Assembly: GCA_000092065.1 (NCBI GenBank)
Contig: CP000583.1
DNA from: Ostreococcus lucimarinus
Lineage: Eukaryota
Direction: 5' to 3' (one strand)
DNA: 64,000 nucleotides
Part shown: positions 40,507 through 49,858 of the stretch, in pieces
Layout: every line of letters begins with the position of its first letter
Position numbering within the stretch: the stretch's first letter is position 1
Position numbers and translations under genes: made by a program
Notes under the pieces: generated by a model
What the model saw: only the letters and a program-made list of their open reading frames with translations
What the model was told of the DNA's origin: nothing
The model's database searches: none

Positions 40507-43500
40507 ATGCCGGTGACCTCGTACCGGAGCGCGAGCGCCGAACTCCTGGACGCCGATCTCGTCGCGCGCGCGCGGACGTGCGACGCGCGCGCGTTTAACG
40601 CGTTCGTGAACGCGCTGGAGTCGCTGCGAGAGCGATGCGCGAGGGATGGAACGTGGTCGGAGACGCTGGCGGCGGCGAGGTGCCTGAAAGCCGCGGGCGC
40701 GGGATTCCCAGTCGACGTCCATGATGTGGAACGCGCGTTCTACGTCTCGGAGGCGTTCGCGAGGGAGTGCGTGGGGGTGGATGATGAGTGCGCGCACGAG
40801 TGGTGCGTTGGATTGTGCGCGCTGATTGATCGATACGGGGAGGATTTGGGCGGCGTCGTATGCCACTGGGAGCCGATGTTCGCGCGCGTGGAAACGTTTT
40901 TGCAGAGCGATGCGAAAGCGTATTCGGGATATGGATCGTGTAGTGCCACTCGTGCGCGTTACATGACTCTCGTGCGAAAGTGCCGTCGGTTTTTCCCGGA
41001 TGGCGCGGCGAGAGCGATTTGGGAGCGCGTGGCGGAGGATTGTCGAGCGACGGAGGACGCGAAATGCTTCGCCGGTTTAGGATTGCTACATTTGTTTACG
41101 CCGTGCATGCAAATGTCGACACCGTGTAGTGATGAATTGTTTTTCGTAGAGATGATGAATGGGGAGTGGGTGACGCTGTCGCATGCGTTAGGATCGAGTA
41201 GTTTCTGGACGTCGGGTTGGATTTCGATGTTTTCGCAGCTGGCAAAACACGACTTGAAGGGAAAAATCAACTGGAAAGGCGTGTACGATGATATGCTGAC
41301 GGTTACTTTACGTGTCATGGAACTACCGATCGGCGGTATCGAAGGGCGTCGTTCGTTCGGCCGTAAGGTGAGTTTCAAAGCCGCTATGACGTTTGGTTCG
41401 CAGCTCGAATCGCGTCGCGTGCGTACGGTGGCAAAACTCTTAGTTTACCGAGCGATGTGCGACGACGCAGTGGTTGAGTACATCGCAAAAATAATCGATT
41501 ATATCGAGCATTTTTACCACCCGAGCAGCAGCGGATCCTTTAGCGGTAATCTAGCATCTTTCCTGAGGTATCTCATCAAGTACACAAACAAATTTGTGGG
41601 GTACGAAAAACGAGTAGTACGGCCGGAGGTTCTGGCACGTTTGGTACCGGTATTCAAGCGCATAACGGACAGAGCAGTGTTCTCAAAGTCGTCTGATCTT
41701 CGGCGATACGCCGCCATCGGCATAGGTCGATTGGCGTATATGAACCCTGAACTGATATTGCCCAGCGTCATGTCACGATTTGAGGAAGCTTTAGCGCACG
41801 AAACGGCTACTCGTCAGCTCGTGCCCGCTATGAATTGTCTCACTCTATGTGTGCGACAAATTATGCTGCTTCCAACGAATACGATTTTCCAGGATGATCA
41901 GGAAGCGTATGTCAATGTCAGTGAGTTTCTTGCGTCTGCGCTCAACGCCGCTCTTCCGGGGATCGACGTTAATGATTCATCGAAAACATGTGCGACTTTG
42001 AGATTCTTTTGTGTAGTGGTCACGAATTTACCGAGATTAGTAGATGTGGGTGAAAACGGTGCGGTGTCGTGCGTCCCGATCTTATGGTCAGAGTGGACGG
42101 TGCACTTTCTTGAGCGACTGTTCACCCTGTTTGAACATTTACAACCGGACACACACGGTAGTAAGTCAGACGCCGCCGATGCGTTTAAGGGTGGTGCGCG
42201 ACACGCGGCTGGATTTCTGTTGTCTACGTCTACCATGTACTCTCCACTTCTTCGAATTTTATTCGAAAGGCTCGATCCGAGTATTCGAAGCGTCGCCATC
42301 ATGCGAGTAGCGGCGTTTATTCGCGACAACACTTTACCTGAAATTTGTGAAGAGGTCGCGCGCCTAGTCTCCGCCGCGCTTTTCGCAGATACCGAATTAG
42401 TGATTCGAGAGATCTTGCGTCCAGCTATGGTCGCGCTGGATGAAGATTTGGATTTTGAAGGTGAACTCTCAACGACGGCGGAAGCTCGCATCTTTTGGAA
42501 CTCTTGCATCTTGACAAAATGCACGGTAGCTTCAAGAGAAGCGGCACTCGCATTACGCGAAGACTTTATGAACGTGACTCGCAAGATGTTCAAAGTTAGC
42601 GAGACCTGTCGAAATCTTGATCTCATGTCTTATGCTGAACTGCATGTTAGTGCGATACTGAAAGGTCTGCTCTCTGTTGAAGTCATCGACACAGTCAAGG
42701 ACGAAGTCGAGGGAGATTCCGTTACTGATTGGGTCAATTTGAAGTGGAGACTCGATCAAGGCGGTAATGTGATTGGCGAGCAACACTTACCGACGCCTTT
42801 ATCGTGGCGTTTGCCAGGTGAAGGTGAGTTTGTAGTCGCGCAGGCAATGATTGATGAATTTCTCGTGGCGCCGGCGCACGCGTTACTCCAAGTGACGAAC
42901 GAAGATGCGATGGATTGCGACGACGCGTCTTCATCGAAGGATTGGATTAGGACGAATGTGTCAATGATGGTTGGTGCCTTGGGTGGACTCGAAGATAGGC
43001 TGAAAGACTTTTCGGACTCTGATTCAGCGCTGTTGATTACTGGACACGCGTTACCTTTCACAGACTCAACGCCCCGGACGTTGGCAGCAAGAGCACTTGT
43101 AGCGGCAATTCAAAAGACTGGTGCCGATGACACAGATACATTGAGTTTGATTTGCTCTGCGGCGAAAGCGGTGGTAAATCCCGCTCGATCTTCGTACAAG
43201 TTTCAGAAAAAGTCACTCGCTGCGTTGAACTCGATTGGATACTACTTTACACAGCCCAAAACAGGTGGGCAGCATAGCAGATACCCGAGATGGTTCGTTG
43301 CAGAGAAAGCTCGGCTGAGTTTGCACTGGCGCAACGCAATGTCCGTTTACTTTTCAGGATCTGCGTCGCCGTTCAACTTGACTGGTCCATCTTCAGATGT
43401 GAGTCGTAATGCTTTGCTGGGCTCCCTTCAAGATTTAGCCTTGAGCAAATATGTGAGCGTCCGATGCTCCGCGCTACCCGTCGTGCAGGGACTGTCTGAT

Positions 43501-45705
43501 CGATATCCGAAGGAAATCGTTCCTTTCGTCGAATTATCTGTAAAATCTCTCGCAAAGAGCGAAGAAGATGAAGACAAATGTATCGCAGCTTGTGAAGCTT
43601 TGAAAGCGCACGAAGCGCTCGGAGAGTTGTTTCGGAACGAAAGTGTGTTCGTGCCGTTCGTTGAGGCGTTGTTGGGAAGCTCGCATCACGGTACAGAAAA
43701 GGCCCAGAATGCGATCGGCGCACTTTTCTTACATTTCGCTTTATTGTTTACTCGTGGCCTATTTCATCCAAAACCACGGATTGGCATCACAGTTCTCCAA
43801 GAACGACTGCTCGCATCGCTGAAATCCGAAACTGCATTGCACTGGAGCTACGAGATGATGACAAACGCGATGAGTGTGTTTTTCGTAGACTCGCAGGATG
43901 ACCCGAAGTTTCTCGCGAGCGCAACGGAGCAGTTTATGCGGAGTATCCTCGGCGACTTGAAAGTTGTGAGGTTCCCAGCCATGTGCGCACTCCTTATGAT
44001 GAGTCGATACGAGTGTTTTGAATCGAATTGTGCGCCGATGATTCTGCGTATGATGAGCGCTGATCCAGAGTCGTCGTGTAAGTCGTTACTCGATAGTTTC
44101 GGTATCGCACACTCTGCAATCGACAACAGCGAGTCTCGCGGTAGAACCAATGGAAAAGCTGACGCTCTAATGCAAGCCGCCGAGTCGTTGTACGGTTTCG
44201 CACAGGAAATGTCTTCCGGCGGTGCAGACTGGCCAACTTCAAGGGCAGCTGACTTTTTACCACAGTCTGGTGCTTTCATCACTGCTGTCGCAAGATTTTG
44301 GCAGCTTCTCACTCGCATCGCTCCCGTTGAACTCACTACCGGTCTGCGAGCAGCCATAAAGCAAACTTCTGACGACAGCGATCGAAGTGAGAGATGCGCA
44401 ATTTCGGAAGCACTCGCTGGGGCGTTGGCGTCGCGTTCCATCACGGAAATCGATCGTCAATGGATGCAAGACACTTTCCTCAAGTACGCTTTAGATGCTC
44501 CCACCGATCAAAGAGAAGAATGGCTTAAAGGAGCGGCATGGTGCACGGATAGTGGCAATGAGAATGTTTCCGATAGCCTTCTTCGGCATCTCAGTTCAAC
44601 GCCGATGGGCACTGTGGCACAAACGGCGCGAGGGCTTGAGCTCACGCGCGTCTGCATCGCCCAGCTCGGTCACGGCCGGGGTATGGATATAAAACAATCA
44701 CTCATGGATCTCCTTGCGGATCCAACCGCTTCCCCGCTCGCGCATGAAAGCCGTCTTGTTCGCGAGACTGGCGCACAACTTGCGGCGTCTCTGCTTGCGG
44801 AATGCGATCAAGCGCTCAACGCCGCTCGTTCCAAACTCATCACCCTGTTCACGGCAGACATAGAAAATGTCGTCAATCGCGCGTTGTTGTCTGATCCAGC
44901 GCAGCCAGATGCGATCATGACACCTTCGAGAAATGCTCTCGAAGGGATCTTTTACACTTTCCTCGAACTCGTTCGTCGCGGCGATGCGTTGACAGTGGAG
45001 CCCAGTATACCTTTGATTCTTCGAGCCGCGCTACGCACCGCAGAATCCAAGGACAAAGATTTCGCCATGGTCTCCAAGCTCACCATCGCTTACTTGAAGT
45101 ATCTGAACTTTGAAAAGGTAGAGTTGCGAGCATTCACAGAGGTTCTTGGTGAGACAACACGCGATGACAATTGGCACACGCGCGCCGCAACGCTGCGATA
45201 CATCCAGGCTTTGATTTACCATCACGCTTTTACCATCGATTCGGGCTTGTTCGCGATGTTGCGCGAATGTGTTCTCGAAGCGTTGCACGACAAGCAACTG
45301 GAAGTCGCGCAATTGGCGTCGCACACACTGATGATTTTCTTGAAGGGCGTCGGCGCGGCTGATGAATCAACGTTGCGTGACAGATTTCTCAAAATCGTCA
45401 GCGTGCGACTCCCATCGGACGCCAACTCTGAGCTCATCATGCACAAACACGCGGCAGTATTAGGTTTGTCCGCGTGCGTTCTCTCCAACCCGTACGAAGT
45501 TCCCAGTTGGATGCCTGAAGTCATGGAGGCGCTCGGTTTCGCATCGCTCGAACCGTCGCCGATCAAGCAAGCCACCCAACACACGTTCGCGGAATTCAAA
45601 AAGACTCATCAGGACGCATGGACCCAAACTCGCGCCGCGTTTACGCACGAGCAATGGGAAAACGTTTCATTAGGTTTAGATCTCGCGCCTAGCTACATCA
45701 TTTAG
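40507..45705 (+). CDS. proteasome activator Blm10/PA200 (PSME4) homolog
   Basis: 1732-aa HEAT/ARM-like protein in a single exon. The C-terminal segment EFKKTHQDAWTQTRAAFTHEQ matches the conserved PA200 C-terminal block (FKKTHQDNWHEHKQQFTDDQ). The size and helical-repeat composition fit Blm10/PA200. GC drops to about 50% in the gene body. Confidence 0.75.
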   Translation: MPVTSYRSASAELLDADLVARARTCDARAFNAFVNALESLRERCARDGTWSETLAAARCLKAAGAGFPVDVHDVERAFYVSEAFARECVGVDDECAHEWCVGLCALIDRYGEDLGGVVCHWEPMFARVETFLQSDAKAYSGYGSCSATRARYMTLVRKCRRFFPDGAARAIWERVAEDCRATEDAKCFAGLGLLHLFTPCMQMSTPCSDELFFVEMMNGEWVTLSHALGSSSFWTSGWISMFSQLAKHDLKGKINWKGVYDDMLTVTLRVMELPIGGIEGRRSFGRKVSFKAAMTFGSQLESRRVRTVAKLLVYRAMCDDAVVEYIAKIIDYIEHFYHPSSSGSFSGNLASFLRYLIKYTNKFVGYEKRVVRPEVLARLVPVFKRITDRAVFSKSSDLRRYAAIGIGRLAYMNPELILPSVMSRFEEALAHETATRQLVPAMNCLTLCVRQIMLLPTNTIFQDDQEAYVNVSEFLASALNAALPGIDVNDSSKTCATLRFFCVVVTNLPRLVDVGENGAVSCVPILWSEWTVHFLERLFTLFEHLQPDTHGSKSDAADAFKGGARHAAGFLLSTSTMYSPLLRILFERLDPSIRSVAIMRVAAFIRDNTLPEICEEVARLVSAALFADTELVIREILRPAMVALDEDLDFEGELSTTAEARIFWNSCILTKCTVASREAALALREDFMNVTRKMFKVSETCRNLDLMSYAELHVSAILKGLLSVEVIDTVKDEVEGDSVTDWVNLKWRLDQGGNVIGEQHLPTPLSWRLPGEGEFVVAQAMIDEFLVAPAHALLQVTNEDAMDCDDASSSKDWIRTNVSMMVGALGGLEDRLKDFSDSDSALLITGHALPFTDSTPRTLAARALVAAIQKTGADDTDTLSLICSAAKAVVNPARSSYKFQKKSLAALNSIGYYFTQPKTGGQHSRYPRWFVAEKARLSLHWRNAMSVYFSGSASPFNLTGPSSDVSRNALLGSLQDLALSKYVSVRCSALPVVQGLSDRYPKEIVPFVELSVKSLAKSEEDEDKCIAACEALKAHEALGELFRNESVFVPFVEALLGSSHHGTEKAQNAIGALFLHFALLFTRGLFHPKPRIGITVLQERLLASLKSETALHWSYEMMTNAMSVFFVDSQDDPKFLASATEQFMRSILGDLKVVRFPAMCALLMMSRYECFESNCAPMILRMMSADPESSCKSLLDSFGIAHSAIDNSESRGRTNGKADALMQAAESLYGFAQEMSSGGADWPTSRAADFLPQSGAFITAVARFWQLLTRIAPVELTTGLRAAIKQTSDDSDRSERCAISEALAGALASRSITEIDRQWMQDTFLKYALDAPTDQREEWLKGAAWCTDSGNENVSDSLLRHLSSTPMGTVAQTARGLELTRVCIAQLGHGRGMDIKQSLMDLLADPTASPLAHESRLVRETGAQLAASLLAECDQALNAARSKLITLFTADIENVVNRALLSDPAQPDAIMTPSRNALEGIFYTFLELVRRGDALTVEPSIPLILRAALRTAESKDKDFAMVSKLTIAYLKYLNFEKVELRAFTEVLGETTRDDNWHTRAATLRYIQALIYHHAFTIDSGLFAMLRECVLEALHDKQLEVAQLASHTLMIFLKGVGAADESTLRDRFLKIVSVRLPSDANSELIMHKHAAVLGLSACVLSNPYEVPSWMPEVMEALGFASLEPSPIKQATQHTFAEFKKTHQDAWTQTRAAFTHEQWENVSLGLDLAPSYII

Positions 45706-45779
45706 TACTGATTTCTTTGCCGGCGGTCATCGTCTCGTCGACGTCGCTGCGCGCGCGCGGCGTCACTCCGTCGCGCGCT

Positions 45780-46459
45780 ATGAGCGACCAAACCGCAACC
45801 GCAACCGATGCTGAATCCTCGTACACCATTTACGGTCACCCACCGCACCATCAAGTCGAAGGCCACCACCCGCGACCCGAGATCGAACACGCGAGGACGC
45901 AAGTTTGTTTCAAATGTGGATTCTTCTTCAACCCGCTACAAGGCGCCGGCAACGCGCCCGGGCAGAGGATGTGTCCGACGTGCGCGGCGGGGTCGAACCC
46001 GCTGCACGCCACGAGCGCACCGCAGCAGCAGTCCTTGATTTTGTGCCCAGGGTGGTGAGTGCACGCGCGAGCGACGCGCGACGCGTTTCGTGGGTGTCGA
46101 CAAACGACTAACGACGCGCGCTCGGCGCCGGTTCGTATCGCAGCAGAAGCGTGTTGATGCGACCGCCACCGCCGCATCCGATCGCGATGTGCGGACAGTG
46201 TCAACGGATTTTGAAGCTTCCGGAGCACGTCGATGCGCATTACTCACCGCCGCGCGAACCGCCGCTGGTACAGACGGCGCAAAATCTCCACGGTGTCAGA
46301 CCGCCGCCAGGATTTGGTGGACCAGCTGCGACGCAACTGTCCGTCGTCGCGTGCATCTGTCCGAGCTGTTCGAGCGTTGTTCAAGCCCCTTTGAGCGCAC
46401 CGATTTGTAAGTGTGGAAACTGCGGTCAGCCTATGCGTGTGCCGACGGCGATCGCTTAG
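45780..46459 (+). CDS. LSD1-type zinc-finger protein (three C-x2-C-x16/17-C-x2-C fingers), two exons
   Basis: Exon 1 (45780..46054) ends ...LILCPG. Intron 46055..46143 is 89 nt, with donor TGG|GTGAGT and acceptor TATCGCAG|, phase 2. Exon 2 is 46144..46459. The splice creates a Cys codon (TG+C) and yields fingers CFKCGFFFNPLQGAGNAPGQRMCPTC, CPGCRSVLMRPPPPHPIAMCGQC and CPSCSSVVQAPLSAPICKCGNC (compare LSD1: CxGCRxLLxYPxGAxSVxCAxC). Confidence 0.5.
46055..46143 (+). other. putative spliceosomal intron (89 nt, GTGAGT..CAG)
   Basis: It joins ORFs 45717..46058 and 46151..46459 with consistent phase, and completes the second LSD1-type finger across the junction. Confidence 0.5.
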
Positions 46460-47290
46460 ATATGATTTGAGACGAGATTGAAGCTCGTCGAGCGTTTATG
46501 AGAATTGGTTGATTGATTCCGCGGCACCGCGGCACCGTGGCACGAGTACTCACAATAATGGTCGCATTATCGAATGGGGTGTTGGAATGTTAAAATTCGA
46601 TCGCATAGGGCGCGCGTGTTATCATGAGTTAAGGATTTCGAGCGATCGAGTCAAGCCTCGCCTACATCGACGCCTCCCCGATCGCGTCGCGCGGAATCGA
46701 CGACGCCTCTGACGTCGAAATTACCTTTCGTTCCGGCACCCGCTCCCGTCCCCGCTCTCTCTCATTTCTTGCTTCTCGAATTTTAACCCGAAGTCGCACC
46801 CATCGTCGCTTCTGCGCCTCGAGCCACCGAGCGCGATCGGACAGCCAAAGCGATCGGTACGATTCCGCCTCGTCGGCGCGCGCGTATGTGCTACTCTTCT
46901 TCACCGCGGCGTGCGGGACAGCGAGCCCGAACGCCCGCGCGCGCTCGACCGCGCGCGCATCCACGTGCCCCGCAGATGGCGCCGAACCGGCGATCCGCGA
47001 CGTCGTACGGTCGCGACCGCCGCGCGGCGTCGAGGCGAAGAAGGAAGCTTTGATTTGCTCTTCGTATCCATCGAGCCCAAATCTTCGTCGTTGCGCCACG
47101 TCTCGCACGATGTCCGAGGCGTTGAATGCGCGAGCGTGGTTGTGAGTGTGACTGTGATTGTGGTCGTTTGCGCGTCGCGTTGCGTTGGGTGGGATCAGGG
47201 TCATCGTCGCGCGAGCGTTGATGTGTAGCCGATAGCGGCGTCGCGTCAATGATATAGATATTGTGGTATTGAATGCGAACGCCGAAAGAT

Positions 47291-48064
47291 TTACGCGCCG
47301 AGCGCCAAGGTGAGCTCGGCTTCGCACGCGAGCTCGTCTCCAACGAAGCATTGACCCTTCATTTTCGCGATCCCGAAACGCTTGTTGAGCTTGGTGAGGA
47401 CAACCTTCATGACGAGGGTGTCACCCGGAACCACGGGACGACGGAACTTGACGCCGTCGATCCCGGCGAAGAAGAATTGCTTTTGGGTACCGCCAGCGCC
47501 TGCGTCGTGCGTCAAAATCGTGATCGCGTCAGTCAGTCGTCATTATTCGTGCGCGCTACGACGATGCGTCGCTTCGTCGATGCGAATCACTAATGCGGCG
47601 AGGCGACGCGGCGAGCGATTCGTTCGCCAACCGACGCGCGCGCGCTTGAATCGAATCTCACCTTCTTCACCAGGTTCCAACATCACCAACCCACCGACCT
47701 GCGCCATAGCTTCCACCATCAACACCCCCGGCATGATCGGTCGCTGCGGAAAGTGTCCCGGGAAGAAGTTATCGTTGATGGTCACGTTCTTCACGCCGAT
47801 GGCGTACGACCCGACCTCGATCTCCACCACGCGGTCCACGAGCAGGAACGGATATCGGTGCGGGAGCAAGTTCATGATGGCGTCGATGTCCATGGCCGCT
47901 GGAAGGTTCTTTCCCATGCCCTTGGCCGAAGAACCGGGCTCCGGCGCGTCCGCGGCGGCCGCGACGGCGACGCGACGAGCCTGAGACTTGACCTTGGTCG
48001 CGGACGTTCGACGAACGTTGGCGACGCGAGGCGCGATGAGAGCGGCTTGGCACTGCGCGAGCAT
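47291..48064 (-). CDS. FABZ: 3-hydroxyacyl-ACP dehydratase FabZ (plastid type II FAS), two exons
   Basis: Exon 1 (47662..48064): the transit-like [31 protein letters not shown]... followed by [21 protein letters not shown]...[36 protein letters not shown]. Intron 47500..47661 is 162 nt, with donor GAAGAAG|GTGAGATTCG and acceptor GACGCAG|GC, phase 1. Exon 2 (47291..47499): [69 protein letters not shown]. Confidence 0.8.
47500..47661 (-). other. spliceosomal intron (162 nt, GTGAGA..CAG) in FabZ
   Basis: The hotdog-fold motifs are split across ORFs 47543..48187 and 47291..47515. Frame and phase were checked. Confidence 0.7.
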
Positions 48065-48272
48065 GATGATAGAGTGGTTTAAGTGCGTTGGGCGCGGTTT
48101 GAGAGGGCGCGAGACGGCTCGAGGGCGTCGCGGTGTGCGAAATGCGAAGTGGATAAAGTGTTTAACAGTCGAGGCGAGCCGGGACACTTTTCGCGGCGGA
48201 TGCGGAATTCATTCGTTCGTCGATATCGACTCGCTAATACAAAAGATTGACTACGTGACGGTGGAGGACGAG

Positions 48273-49658
48273 TTAATAAATGTAAGGGATCAGACGATAC
48301 TTGACGATGGCGCAGTACTTTTTCCAGTCGTCTCCGTATTTTTCCTCGCACGCTTCGCCATCGCGACCGTCTCTATGTACCAATAGAATGCCAAAGTATA
48401 TGACGTAAAAGTAAGGGACGAGGTGAGAGAAACCACACGGTAAGCACCACGCCCACGCCATAATCCAATCGCCGAGGTAATTGACGTGGCGGCAGACGCC
48501 CCACCAACCGCTGACGATGAGCTTCGTGCCTCGCTTGGTTTGCAACGTCTTCAGATGCTTCACTCTAGGGTCGTTGGGGTTGGTCCGAAACAGGTTCTTT
48601 TGAGAATTCGCGCCGCGAAACACCCAGTAGCCGACGCACTGCACGGCAAAGATGGCGACGAGGTGAGCGTTGGAGAGCTCGACGGCGTGTTCGAGAATGT
48701 ACCGGCACTGCAACGAGTACGTGAATGGCACCCACACCAAATCTCCAAAAGCGAGCATGAAACCGAACCCGTCGGTGGTGATGTCCATCGTGGTCAAGAT
48801 TGCCGGTTCGTTCCACAGCGCGTCGATGACGTACGCCCCTTGAAACACGCACACCATAATCATCGGCGCGGAGACGGCGCCGACGCGCGCGTACTGCTTC
48901 GCGGCGAAACCTAAATCCAACAGCAACCATCCGATCAAACCGGGCGTGAGTTCACAGAAAACCTTCAAGTCAAACGCTCCGTTCAAGATCCTCGGATTCA
49001 GCTCACGCCCTATGAAAAAGTCGTACGCCGCGTTGCCGCTGTTTCCGCCCTTCGCGAGCGTCTTCCCTTTCGCAAACGAGCTCGCGTACAAATACGCCGA
49101 CAGCGCGTACGCCAACACCACCATGGCCGTGAGCATCGACAAAAAGTTATCGTGCACGGACGCCAAATCGAACCAACCCGCCTTGGTACCGATCGCGCCC
49201 GCGACCGCGGTGGCCGCCAAGACGCGAAACCCGTTGAGCTTGTACGTCAGCCGCGTTCCGTCCGGCAACGCGACGCCCTGTTTCTTCTGCCCCGGAATCA
49301 CCGCGTGCGCGACGACCGTGAACGCCATCCATCCGTACGCGGCGACGGCGCCGTCGACGCTCCACAGCGGCATGTGCTTCGGGAACCCCGGGAACGCGCC
49401 GCCTCGCGCGAGCTTCGAAACCTCCGCGCACCCATCCTCGTTGCACGCGTACGCGAGAAAGTAGCACACCAGCGGCAGCGCGACCGTGATCGCGAGCGCG
49501 CCGATCGGTCCGCCGAACTCGTAGTGCGTCGTCGTCGGCGCGTCGCGCGCGCGAGCCTTTTCGGATGACGCGGCGCGCGTCGTCGTCGCGCGTTCGGCGA
49601 CGCCGCGCGACGACCCGCGCGCGCGCGTCGAGGGCGCGCGACGCGCGGACGCGGGCAT
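48273..49658 (-). CDS. sterol reductase (ERG4/ERG24 family; delta7-sterol reductase/DWF5-like)
   Basis: 461-aa polytopic membrane protein ending LIVSGWWGVCRHVNYLGDWIMAWAWCLPCGF...LLVHRDGRDGEACEEKYGDDWKKYCAIVKYRLIPYIY, the sterol reductase family signature (LLxSGWWGxxRHxxYxxD). Confidence 0.85.
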   Translation of the reverse strand: MPASARRAPSTRARGSSRGVAERATTTRAASSEKARARDAPTTTHYEFGGPIGALAITVALPLVCYFLAYACNEDGCAEVSKLARGGAFPGFPKHMPLWSVDGAVAAYGWMAFTVVAHAVIPGQKKQGVALPDGTRLTYKLNGFRVLAATAVAGAIGTKAGWFDLASVHDNFLSMLTAMVVLAYALSAYLYASSFAKGKTLAKGGNSGNAAYDFFIGRELNPRILNGAFDLKVFCELTPGLIGWLLLDLGFAAKQYARVGAVSAPMIMVCVFQGAYVIDALWNEPAILTTMDITTDGFGFMLAFGDLVWVPFTYSLQCRYILEHAVELSNAHLVAIFAVQCVGYWVFRGANSQKNLFRTNPNDPRVKHLKTLQTKRGTKLIVSGWWGVCRHVNYLGDWIMAWAWCLPCGFSHLVPYFYVIYFGILLVHRDGRDGEACEEKYGDDWKKYCAIVKYRLIPYIY

Positions 49659-49729
49659 CGCGCGCGTTCGTTCCGTCGCGCGTCGGTGTCTGTCGAGCGC
49701 GGCGCGGGCGCGCGATGCGGCGATTCGTC

Positions 49730-49772
49730 CGACCGACCGGTCGACCGACCGACCGCGACCGACCGACCGATC
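49730..49772. repeat. (GACC)n-like simple repeat in the intergenic region
   Basis: cgaccgaccggtcgaccgaccgaccgcgaccgaccgaccgatcgacg. Confidence 0.6.
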
Positions 49773-49858
49773 GACGCGACGGCGCGCGACGCGCGCGGAG
49801 AACGACGCGCGCCGACAGACGCCGACGCGCGACGGAACGATCGTCGCGCGAGGTCGAA

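Noticed and set aside
40507-45705. The possibility that the lower-GC long genes (PA200, SMC1, the coiled-coil gene) are horizontally transferred islands
   Set aside because: They are core eukaryotic genes, and each begins with a GC-rich 5' segment continuous with the flanks. The pattern is better explained by a within-gene GC gradient than by foreign origin.
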